UHGV virus genome: UHGV-0102749
Length of the DNA: 18,456 nucleotides
Origin: a virus
Direction: 5' to 3' (one strand)
The notes under the pieces were generated by a model that ran no database searches, had not been told where the DNA came from, and saw only the letters and a list, made by a program, of their open reading frames with translations. The translations under genes were made by a program, and so were the position numbers. Of this stretch, positions 8,103 through 15,647 are shown piece after piece (position 1 is the first letter of the stretch; every line of letters begins with the position of its first letter).

Positions 8103-8625
8103 ACCAGAGTTGAACCATTTTCTGGGTGCCGTCAGGCTTGAGATTATCAATTTCAGAGAGAACGTAATATTGAATGGCTTCACAAACGGTGGTGTAGGGT
8201 GAATTACCTTCTTTAAGTGGCACGATATTATTATTAACGCGAACCTGTATTTCATCGTTATACATTGCGATCGAAACAGGAGTGTGCACGAACGCGACTT
8301 CGCCAGGTGTGTCGTCAACCACCGTTTCAATACTAAAAGTCAGTTTTCGCTCATCATTGCTGCCCCGTGCTTTGGGGGTAGCGGCAGGGATCTGGGATAA
8401 AGGCATTCTGCGAAATCCTTCGGCTGCTTCCAGTCCGCATGAAACGTAATGCTGGCGATTACCGTCGCTATCTGTCCAGGTCTGTGATGGCAGCTCCAGC
8501 GAGATTTCATAAGCATCAACAATGCCCTGGGCAAGGCGCACAAGCGGGGTCAGATCTTCATTGCGGCGAAAGCTCTCCTTTACCTGCTCCCGTTTTTCTC
8601 TTAACTGCTTGTAATTAATGACCAT
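8101..8625 (-). CDS. Hypothetical protein (orphan cargo gene, convergent on portal gene)
   Basis: 174 aa from ATG 8625 with SD GGAGG 7 nt upstream (MVINYKQLREKREQ…). I see no recognisable motif. GC content looks lower than the structural genes. Confidence 0.6.
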   Translation of the reverse strand: MVINYKQLREKREQVKESFRRNEDLTPLVRLAQGIVDAYEISLELPSQTWTDSDGNRQHYVSCGLEAAEGFRRMPLSQIPAATPKARGSNDERKLTFSIETVVDDTPGEVAFVHTPVSIAMYNDEIQVRVNNNIVPLKEGNSPYTTVCEAIQYYVLSEIDNLKPDGTQKMVQLW

Positions 8626-8724
8626 AAGACAGCCTCCATTGATTTCTTTGCTCGTATTTTGCACTTATGAAGTATGGTCGGCAAGGTGCCGTATCGCTGA
8701 CGCGCTTCGCTTGTCTGCTGCTTC

Positions 8725-8753
8725 GCCGGGGCATAAAAAATTTATGCCCCGGC
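8725..8753. repeat. Perfect 13-bp-stem inverted repeat GCCGGGGCATAAA-AAA-TTTATGCCCCGGC
   Basis: Read directly from the sequence; no U-tract on either side, so it is not a canonical terminator. Confidence 0.7.
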
Positions 8754-9030
8754 TCTCCAGCTCCTGTATCAATCAGATAATTTCACGACGCCTTCCAGTT
8801 TATCGCCACCATCGACGGTCAGACTCTTACGCAATTCCACCGCGTTGACTGTATGTTCTCGCTGCCTCAGTGCGATTTTGACGGCCTTACCTTTCACCCC
8901 ATCAAATCAAAAGCCCTCACGCCTTTTTCATGCTCAGCGTGAGAAATATGGCCATTCTGTTGTGTCTCTGCGACATCGTTCAGGGAATGCTATTTACCCC
9001 CTGAAACGCGGGCTGTTCCCCCGTCACCTG

Positions 9031-9054
9031 CGCGCAGAAAAAGCGCGTTTTTTT
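9031..9054 (+). terminator. Terminator-like hairpin CGCGC-AGAAAAA-GCGCG followed by T7
   Basis: GC stem plus TTTTTTT run on the plus strand, with no annotated upstream plus-strand gene; it may end a small transcript or insulate the cos region. Confidence 0.35.
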
Positions 9055-9124
9055 GTGCACGCACGGATCCCTGACGGATCCAGCCGCCACGCGGGCCAGA
9101 AGGGCAAAAATTCGTTCAAAAAAA

Positions 9125-9150
9125 TTGTGCAAATTTGTGCACTATTGTGC
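9125..9150. promoter_or_regulatory. Three direct TTGTGC repeats at exact 10-bp spacing upstream of the ATPase operon
   Basis: ATTGTGCAAATTTGTGCACTATTGTGCGC; hexamers at 9125, 9135 and 9145, about 90 bp upstream of ATG 9237. Confidence 0.4.
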
Positions 9151-9236
9151 GCTAAATCGAATCCCTGTATTGCTTACCAGCTCATTACATGTAAACTCAA
9201 CAGGTAGCAATATTTACTTCCAAAAGGTGGAACAAA

Positions 9237-10436
9237 ATGGCTTTTACAAAAATCAGAATCGATAATCTGTTTTGCTTTGAAAATAGCATCCTTGACTTAA
9301 GCTTCTCCAGACCCCCGATCAACAGCTCACTGGAAGGTGAGTACATTGATGGATTTGAAAAGTTCTACTTCAAAAAGGTTTGCATCGTTTCTGGTGCTAA
9401 TGCATCTGGTAAAACATCTCTTGGTCGCGTGATGCTTTCTGTGTTGCGTTTTCTCAGTAGTGGTGTTTTCAATCCAGAACCGTTAAAAATTACTGACAAA
9501 AGAAAACCTGCATATATAGAGGTTGACTTTTTCCAGAGTCATTTAAAATGTTTGTTTAGGGCAGGTGTCTGGCTTAGGGCTATGGATGAGTCTGTTGTTG
9601 TAGAAAAAATTGCAATGGCATCTGTTGATTTAAGAAGCTCGGAATCATGCGCAAAGACGACCAAAAGACTGGATGCTGTGTGGGATGCGCAAAAGTTTGA
9701 ATTAAATGGTCAAAATAGATTTTTTTCAACCGAAAACGCTAACTCAAAAGAATTTTCCCAATATTTAGAGGATTTGGACTTTGTTCTTGGTTGGCATTTC
9801 ATTCTATCTGAAAACCAAGAGAACACGGATAAAATATCACGAATTAAGAAGAATGTGCTTAATAGCATATTAAAAACCTTTGACAATACTGTTAAATCTG
9901 TCTCAGGACTCACTCTTAAAGATGATGAGGGAAAGGAGGATTTGCAGGGTTATTCAGTAGTCTTCAATAATGGAGATAGAGTTATTATTGATATGGAAGG
10001 TGATATAACAAATAAAGATAGACTGTCTCGTGGTACTTATGAGGCAGTAAAAATATCCCATCTCCTGTCAGGAGTGCTTGAAGATAAAATAGAAGAGCGA
10101 GAGTTCAATTTCCCTTGCAGTGGGGTATACTTTTTGGATGAGAAAATGGCCTTCACTCATACTGAATTAGAAAAAATGATGGTCACGCTGATTATATCTA
10201 AGCTTTGCAGATATGGTCAATTTATATACACCACACATAATTATGATATCTTGAGCTTAGATCTGCCTACGCATTCATATACTTTTACTAAAAAAGTAGA
10301 TGGTGTAACCACTTTTGTTGAAGCTACCACACATCATAAAAAGAATGATCGCAATCTTTTAAATAAAGTAAAAAATGACTGTTTTGCAACAATACCTGAC
10401 GTTTCATTAATCGAAGAGATGCTATTTGAGGATTGA
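9237..10436 (+). CDS. ABC/AAA_21-type ATPase (OLD/AbiL/PARIS-like ATPase component)
   Basis: 399 aa; SD AAAGGTGG. Walker A GANASGKTS, Walker B-like VYFLDE, H-loop-like TTHN near the C-terminus. Strongly AT-rich relative to the flanking phage genes. Confidence 0.8.
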   Translation: MAFTKIRIDNLFCFENSILDLSFSRPPINSSLEGEYIDGFEKFYFKKVCIVSGANASGKTSLGRVMLSVLRFLSSGVFNPEPLKITDKRKPAYIEVDFFQSHLKCLFRAGVWLRAMDESVVVEKIAMASVDLRSSESCAKTTKRLDAVWDAQKFELNGQNRFFSTENANSKEFSQYLEDLDFVLGWHFILSENQENTDKISRIKKNVLNSILKTFDNTVKSVSGLTLKDDEGKEDLQGYSVVFNNGDRVIIDMEGDITNKDRLSRGTYEAVKISHLLSGVLEDKIEEREFNFPCSGVYFLDEKMAFTHTELEKMMVTLIISKLCRYGQFIYTTHNYDILSLDLPTHSYTFTKKVDGVTTFVEATTHHKKNDRNLLNKVKNDCFATIPDVSLIEEMLFED

Positions 10437-10438
10437 TT

Positions 10439-10957
10439 ATGGCAGTTAAGAAATTTGCTATTATTCTTGTTGAGGGAGATACGGAAAAAGCATTGTTTCA
10501 GGATTTCAAAACATTGCTAGGCTATCCTATTAAGAAAATAGTAATTGCTAATTTATGGAATGTTAATATAAATAAATACATGCCAGCATTAACCGAAAAT
10601 AGCGAAATCATAGTGGTTTTTGATACGGATAGGATTGAGAATCTTGATAGATTTAAGAATAATCTCAATCTATTAAAGGCGAAAAAACACACAATCCACC
10701 TATTTCAACAAACAAGCAATTTTGAGGATGAGCTTGCCAATGCTTGTGGTGTAAGTAATAGAAAGTTGTATTCTTGTTTTTGCCCAAAGATCATCTCTGC
10801 AGATAACTTCAAGAATGAATTCATTGCGCTGCGCAACAGGATGATGAAATTAGATGGACTTGGACTAAATAAAACGTTGCTTTGGAGTAGAGGGATTATC
10901 CCCCAATTGAGAGATTATAATTTTCATGTTTCCTCTCATGATGATTATTTTTTATAA
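10439..10957 (+). CDS. Small RloB/DUF4435-like (Toprim-like) protein, partner of the ATPase
   Basis: ATG at 10439, 2 nt after the ATPase stop (the ORF-track start at 10433 is TTG); SD GAGGA. N-terminal AIILVEGDTEKALF resembles the conserved EGxxE block of RloB/OLD-type Toprim-like proteins, followed by an acidic VVFDTDR motif. AT-rich. Confidence 0.65.
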   Translation: MAVKKFAIILVEGDTEKALFQDFKTLLGYPIKKIVIANLWNVNINKYMPALTENSEIIVVFDTDRIENLDRFKNNLNLLKAKKHTIHLFQQTSNFEDELANACGVSNRKLYSCFCPKIISADNFKNEFIALRNRMMKLDGLGLNKTLLWSRGIIPQLRDYNFHVSSHDDYFL

Positions 10958-11087
10958 AAATAATAGTCCTCATTAAGATAAACATATTTTAAGACACAAG
11001 ACCGCCAGCTAGGCGGCCTTATATCTTTGACGTTCGACTCCTTATTTGTTGATTGTTTTCAGAACTGGAAACCTCCCGTGCAAAGTT

Positions 11088-11399
11088 CTAATCGGGAAAT
11101 AACGCCCGGATATTTCCGGCCATCTGACTGGTTATCTGTGCGGTGGGGGCTGTCTGTAACATGTGGCGTTCTGCCCTGGTTTGTGTCACTGATAACGCCT
11201 CATCGTCAGCCCATGCAGCCAGTCGGTAAGCCTCTGCCGGATTCATTTTCAGAAGTGCCAGCCCGGCCAGAAAAGCCACGCGTTGGCCGCTTTTGCGGGC
11301 TTCTGGTGTAAGGCTGTCCAGCCAGGCGCATGCTTCGCCTTCGTTCTTGACGGCGGCTGGCTTCAGATAGAAACTTATCCGTCTGGTTGGAGTCGTCAT
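11088..11399 (-). CDS. parR: ParR-like centromere-binding protein
   Basis: 103 aa from ATG 11399, 5 nt after the parM stop. RRISFYLKP…ACAWLDSLTPEARKSGQRVAFLAGLAL aligns with plasmid R1 ParR as I recall it (RRTIAFKLNP…DTLDSIPQGERSRLNRAALTAGLAL). The ORF-track start at 11534 overlaps parM and is rejected. Confidence 0.7.
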   Translation of the reverse strand: MTTPTRRISFYLKPAAVKNEGEACAWLDSLTPEARKSGQRVAFLAGLALLKMNPAEAYRLAAWADDEALSVTQTRAERHMLQTAPTAQITSQMAGNIRALFPD

Positions 11400-11403
11400 T
11401 GGT

Positions 11404-12363
11404 TTACTCCTTGTCCATTGCGTACAGCCCATTAACCAGAGCAAACTGTGGCACCCCGTCCGCGATGAAAGTCGCATTAACTCCGCAGGCTTCGCGGATA
11501 GCGGGTGCCACAATCTCCGCCCCTCCACCGACAACCATCACCCGCCCGTAACCCGAAAAACCCGCCAGCGCGCGGATCACGCGTTGTTTCAGTGTTTCTT
11601 CCTTTTCACGAATAACCGCCATCAGGCTGGCGTAATGCGCGTCATTGTGGATGTGCTGGCGCAGCCAGGCTTCATCATGGCGATGTTCGATAATGGTATT
11701 GGCGATGTGGTGACTGGTGCGCATACCGTTAGTGGCCATCACCGACAGTACGGCATCGGCCATCAGAGAAACGCCTACGTGTGGATCGCAAAACACCTGG
11801 CTGATACCTGCCAGTTGCCCCTGAACCTTTGCCACATCCAGCGTGGTTCCGCCCAAATCCACAATCAGCAGGGATTCAAACGGACTCATGTCAGCCAGTG
11901 CCTTAAAGCCTGCCGGAATGGATTCAGGCATAACCCGCACGTTACGGATAGTGAATGCCTCACCGTTCTGGTACTCCACCGGGCGCATGACGTTCGCTTT
12001 TTTGCGGTTGATGTTGGTCATATCCGGCTGTGCGTTTGTGTCGAAATACTCGCTCAGTGGCAGGGTGACAACCACATCCACCTCCTGTGGCGTGATGCCT
12101 GATTTGAGCAGCGCGTGATGAATGGCAATGACATTCACATCGCTGTACTGGTATTGCGTGTCGGTCGTCTGGACAAAGCGATCGCTGACCGGATCAAAAC
12201 CATAGCGCACGCCATCAAGCATGTAGTTCGCGGGCTGCGTGCCACCGAACGGCGCAGACCATTCCGACTTGAAGCTGTTCGGGCTGATGGCGTTGCGGCG
12301 TTCGCCGTTCTCAGTCCATGCCAGCTTGATGTTGGTGGAGCCGTCGTCGATACAAATTTTCAT
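11404..12363 (-). CDS. parM: ParM/StbA-family actin-like segregation ATPase
   Basis: 319 aa. MKICIDDGSTNIKLAW…SPNSFK…YQYSDVNVIAIHHALL…VMPESIPAG…LIVDLGGTTLD…VMVVGGGAE tracks R1 ParM block by block (phosphate-1 DDGSTN, connect/phosphate-2 DLGGTT, adenosine GGGAE); SD AAGGAA. Confidence 0.85.
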   Translation of the reverse strand: MKICIDDGSTNIKLAWTENGERRNAISPNSFKSEWSAPFGGTQPANYMLDGVRYGFDPVSDRFVQTTDTQYQYSDVNVIAIHHALLKSGITPQEVDVVVTLPLSEYFDTNAQPDMTNINRKKANVMRPVEYQNGEAFTIRNVRVMPESIPAGFKALADMSPFESLLIVDLGGTTLDVAKVQGQLAGISQVFCDPHVGVSLMADAVLSVMATNGMRTSHHIANTIIEHRHDEAWLRQHIHNDAHYASLMAVIREKEETLKQRVIRALAGFSGYGRVMVVGGGAEIVAPAIREACGVNATFIADGVPQFALVNGLYAMDKE

Positions 12364-12394
12364 GTCGCTTTTCCTTATGTTGATTAATTAATCG

Positions 12395-12503
12395 TTTACG
12401 GGATTCTGAAATCCCGTTTTTGCCTGTTTTGTGCGCGCTTCATATATCGCTGCGCGTTTTTTGCTCATTTACGGGATTCGTGAGTCCCGTTTCTGTCTGT
12501 TTT
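12395..12503. repeat. Two ~36-bp direct repeats, each with an internal dyad (ACGGGATT…AATCCCGT) and a T-run, straddling the A stop codon upstream of parM
   Basis: Copy 1 (12395..12430) TTTACGGGATTCTGAAATCCCGTTTTTGCCTGTTTT; copy 2 (12468..12503) TTTACGGGATTCGTGAGTCCCGTTTCTGTCTGTTTT. Candidate parC-like centromere/operator or tandem terminator-like hairpins. Confidence 0.5.
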
Positions 12504-15262
12504 TTGTTTCCACTGGTCAGGCCACCCCGCAGCAGGTCTGCTTTGCGGCGGGCGCGTTCAGTGGTTTCACTGATTCTCTGTGCGTGCTCTGCGTCGCGGA
12601 TGGCGCGCAGCATGTCAGAAAGCACGGTAACGGGTGTTTTCATGGTGTTCTGGTCCTGCTGAAGTGTGGATGCCAGGCGTGCGGCGGCTTCAGGGTCTGA
12701 TGCCCCCAGCTGTGCCAGATAGCTGGCGACCGGGTTATGGCGGATCTCCGTGCTGCTTACGCCGTGATTACGGCTCAGGCGCTGCCAGAGCTGCGTGATT
12801 CGGCTGTCCGGGCGGGTATCCGGTTTGCGTACAATTTCAAATCCCTGCGGTGAAATGATGCTGCCGTCAACGTACAGACTGCCGCCCCGTAACAGGTGCT
12901 GCATCTGCTGTTCACCAATATGCAGGCCGAGAGATTCAGCAGACTCCCGCCATTCTTTAGCGAGTAATTCGTGGTTATCAGGCAAAGGCCGCTGCTGTTT
13001 GCGGCTCTGTGTCCAGCTCTGCATTTCATCACTGCTGTTTTTTGCCTGTTTGTCACGCAGCGAACGCATCAGCGCCCGGCGTTCGTGCCGTTTCAGTGAG
13101 CGCATCCATTCATCCACATCAACGCCGTCAGGAAGCTGCGGCCACGGTGCTGGCCGTTCTTCCGGCTGTTCTGTCCCGTTGTTGTCCGTTTCCTGTACAC
13201 GGGGACAGTTATTGCCACGAGTCCAAGGGGCGGCAGGGCCGCCCTGAAGGTCAAAACCATTTTCGCGGGCGCTGTCTTCCGCTTCCGGTTTACGTCTTAT
13301 CAGCTTCCAGTTATCCGGATGTGTGCACACACGGGAAGACTCCCCGATGAGTGGTGACCAGATCCCGTAAATCTGTACGCTCTGTTCGCCGTAATCGTTC
13401 GGCTCATCTGCGAGGTCGTAGGCGGTGCGAATCAGGTAGTCTTTGCGTGGAACAAGTACGCCGCCCTGTTTTTCAATGTAGGAGGCAAAACACCCGGCAT
13501 CAGCGGCAGCGAGCACTGCATCCATTGCGTCATCCTTCAGCCGTTGCGGGCCTTCCGGGTTGCGTGCCATCTGGTTGGCAAGGCGGCGCAGTTCACGCCA
13601 CACCTGACGGGAGGGGATGCCAAAGAACTGGAACTGGCGGACCCGGTGAAGGCGCGCCCAGCCGATGGCGCGCTCCACGCTCTCGGCCATTGATTTTCCG
13701 GTTTCGTGGTCAACGCGTGGCTTGCCCGTTTTCGGGTCGATACCATCCACGGCGCGGCTGTCCAGGTTCTTTCCGATGTAGGTGGCGATGTAGCTGGTTG
13801 GCGTGCCTTTTGAGCCGTCGACATACTCCACCTTAAAGCGCGGAGTAATATCATTGCCCAGCTCGTGGCGGTCTTCCTGAATGGCAATATCGCGGGTATG
13901 GGACACAATGGTGTCGATTTCTTCCGGATGTGCAAAGACCATCATATGCCAGTGCACGGTGCCGTCATGATGAGGCTCCACCGTGCGGATGCCATACCAG
14001 CGCAGGCCGTCGCGGTTCAGTTTTTTGCGGACCGCCGCAAAAAACGTGTTAACCAGGTAATCGCTGGAGTCGCGCATTGTGGCCCCGTTCCATTTGGGAT
14101 TTGGATGACCGTTCTCCGTTGTGGCGTGGTATTTTGACGGGCAGGTGACAGTCAGAAACACCGCTTTGTCGCCACGGGCTTCGGCCAGAAGTTCCAGCCC
14201 CTTCATGGTGGCCATCATTTCTGCCTTACGGTGAACCGGGTTACTTACTCCCGCGTAATACACCGTCTCGAGATCAATCGTGAACCCGTCTTCATTTTCC
14301 AGCATGAAACTTTTCAGGAAATCGCGTGTTTTCTCGCGCTGTGCGCGAAACTCGCTTAACGCGTCCTGGCTCAGATAGGGTGATGTTTTTCTGGAAACCA
14401 GACAGGCGGCGCGGAGTTGTTCTTCCCGCCACTCGCAACGTAACAGCCACAGTTTGCGTTTCCACCATTCCGCACAGGTCAGGCGAAGGATTGCGCCCGG
14501 CAGCAGCTCCGTGTCCGGTTCGTTCCTCCGGTCTTTGTCTGTTGTCAGAGCGTCATAATGTGGAGGCATGGCGTGCAGGTGTAACGCCATGCGGGCCAGC
14601 ATCTGATACGCCTTCAGCGTTACATCCATGGTCAGCTCGCCATCGGTCGCGCCAAAGCCATCGCAGAGTTTTTCAAAAGTGCCACTGAACATCGCCGCCG
14701 TCATGGTGGCCAGCGTCTGTATCTGGTGTTTGTTGAGCTGCGGCAGGTAAAGCAAATCGTCCAGGCGTTCGCGTCCGGCAAGGGAGCGATAACCCGGTGT
14801 CAGCCAGCGGTGATCGGTGCGCTCCAGACGTTCGAATATTTTGCGCAGGGTCCCACGCGCATAGCGTTCTGCCTGCCTGGCGTTTTTTCCTTTCTGACGA
14901 TCGGCTTCCTGTTTTTTGCGCAGGAAGGAGAGGTGGCGAATAAGCGGATCGCGCAGATAGGACGGCAGCAGGCGCAGCGAGGCCATGGCTTCATCCACCG
15001 CGCCGCGTGCCTGTTTTCTGGCGTCTCCTGCCAGTGTGATGGTTTTGTCCTGTTTTTCCTGTGCGTCCAGGCTTTTATTAATCAGGTTGCCCAGCGGCGT
15101 GGCGGAGAACGCCGCATCAGCCATTTCCTGGCGGCGCTCGTTCTCTGCCCGGTAGGCATCCAGCCAGGAGGAAAGCGCGGATTCAGGAGCGGGGATCCCC
15201 GTTCCTTCACGCCCCACTGCGTGGCGCGGTTGTTGCCAGTCCCTGATGTACTCTGCCGTCAT
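12440..15262 (-). CDS. A: Rolling-circle replication initiator, P2 gpA-like (HUH endonuclease)
   Basis: 940 aa. HUH motif VHWHMMVF and paired catalytic tyrosines in SYIATYIGKNLD (YxxxY), as in P2 A. Last gene of the leftward early operon. Confidence 0.8.
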   Translation of the reverse strand: MTAEYIRDWQQPRHAVGREGTGIPAPESALSSWLDAYRAENERRQEMADAAFSATPLGNLINKSLDAQEKQDKTITLAGDARKQARGAVDEAMASLRLLPSYLRDPLIRHLSFLRKKQEADRQKGKNARQAERYARGTLRKIFERLERTDHRWLTPGYRSLAGRERLDDLLYLPQLNKHQIQTLATMTAAMFSGTFEKLCDGFGATDGELTMDVTLKAYQMLARMALHLHAMPPHYDALTTDKDRRNEPDTELLPGAILRLTCAEWWKRKLWLLRCEWREEQLRAACLVSRKTSPYLSQDALSEFRAQREKTRDFLKSFMLENEDGFTIDLETVYYAGVSNPVHRKAEMMATMKGLELLAEARGDKAVFLTVTCPSKYHATTENGHPNPKWNGATMRDSSDYLVNTFFAAVRKKLNRDGLRWYGIRTVEPHHDGTVHWHMMVFAHPEEIDTIVSHTRDIAIQEDRHELGNDITPRFKVEYVDGSKGTPTSYIATYIGKNLDSRAVDGIDPKTGKPRVDHETGKSMAESVERAIGWARLHRVRQFQFFGIPSRQVWRELRRLANQMARNPEGPQRLKDDAMDAVLAAADAGCFASYIEKQGGVLVPRKDYLIRTAYDLADEPNDYGEQSVQIYGIWSPLIGESSRVCTHPDNWKLIRRKPEAEDSARENGFDLQGGPAAPWTRGNNCPRVQETDNNGTEQPEERPAPWPQLPDGVDVDEWMRSLKRHERRALMRSLRDKQAKNSSDEMQSWTQSRKQQRPLPDNHELLAKEWRESAESLGLHIGEQQMQHLLRGGSLYVDGSIISPQGFEIVRKPDTRPDSRITQLWQRLSRNHGVSSTEIRHNPVASYLAQLGASDPEAAARLASTLQQDQNTMKTPVTVLSDMLRAIRDAEHAQRISETTERARRKADLLRGGLTSGNKKQTETGLTNPVNEQKTRSDI

Positions 15263-15268
15263 AGTGAT

Positions 15269-15634
15269 TTACTTCGTCATGCCATTCAGGGGGTCGCGGC
15301 AGACTGTAGCCAGCCGCTGAATTTCCAGCACGGTGTCTTCTGTGTCGGCATGGCGATGTGTGATGCGGATGCTGTCGGCAATCACATCGACGATTGCAGA
15401 GGATGGGCGCTGGTAAATGCCAATAACGGACGGGGTGCCACCTTCAATGCGGTAAAGCCTGTAATTTCCCTCGTGGCTGTCAATCATGTAGCGACCATCA
15501 ATAACAATCTTTCCGTCAGCGAGCTGCGGTACAGGCAGGGATTTCAGGTACATGTCATAACGTTCACGCACGCGAACGGCAAGATCACGCTCTGTGTTGA
15601 GCAGGTATTCAAGAAAGTCGTTGGCGAGAATCAT
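15269..15634 (-). CDS. Hypothetical early protein
   Basis: 121 aa; SD AGAGGA; immediately upstream of A in the early operon. Confidence 0.5.
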   Translation of the reverse strand: MILANDFLEYLLNTERDLAVRVRERYDMYLKSLPVPQLADGKIVIDGRYMIDSHEGNYRLYRIEGGTPSVIGIYQRPSSAIVDVIADSIRITHRHADTEDTVLEIQRLATVCRDPLNGMTK

Positions 15635-15647
15635 TGCGGCAATCCTC

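Larger units (their letters stand above)
8626..9236. other. Long non-coding region; probable location of cos (approx. 9011..9037)
   Basis: No ORF with a credible RBS. Plus-strand GCTGTTCCCCCGTCACCTGCGCGCAG resembles the reverse complement of the P2-type cohesive end/flank (GGCGAGGCGGGGAAAGCAC-TGCGCGC…, recalled from memory). In P2 cos lies between Q and the old/tin region, which matches the gene order here. Confidence 0.3.

Noticed and set aside
8618-9265. Plus-strand ORFs 8618..8848, 8845..9207 and 9053..9265 in the non-coding region
   Set aside because: No credible RBS, low-complexity translations, and they run through hairpins and repeats. The region is better explained as cos or regulatory DNA.
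10958-11087. Possible terminator hairpin CCGCC-AGCTA-GGCGG between the convergent cargo operon and parR
   Set aside because: The stem is only 5 bp and the T-run is interrupted; it may act as a weak terminator, but the evidence is too thin to annotate.
11584-12387. Plus-strand ORFs 11584..12102, 11843..12118 and 12115..12387
   Set aside because: Antisense to the parM gene, which has strong block-by-block similarity to R1 ParM.
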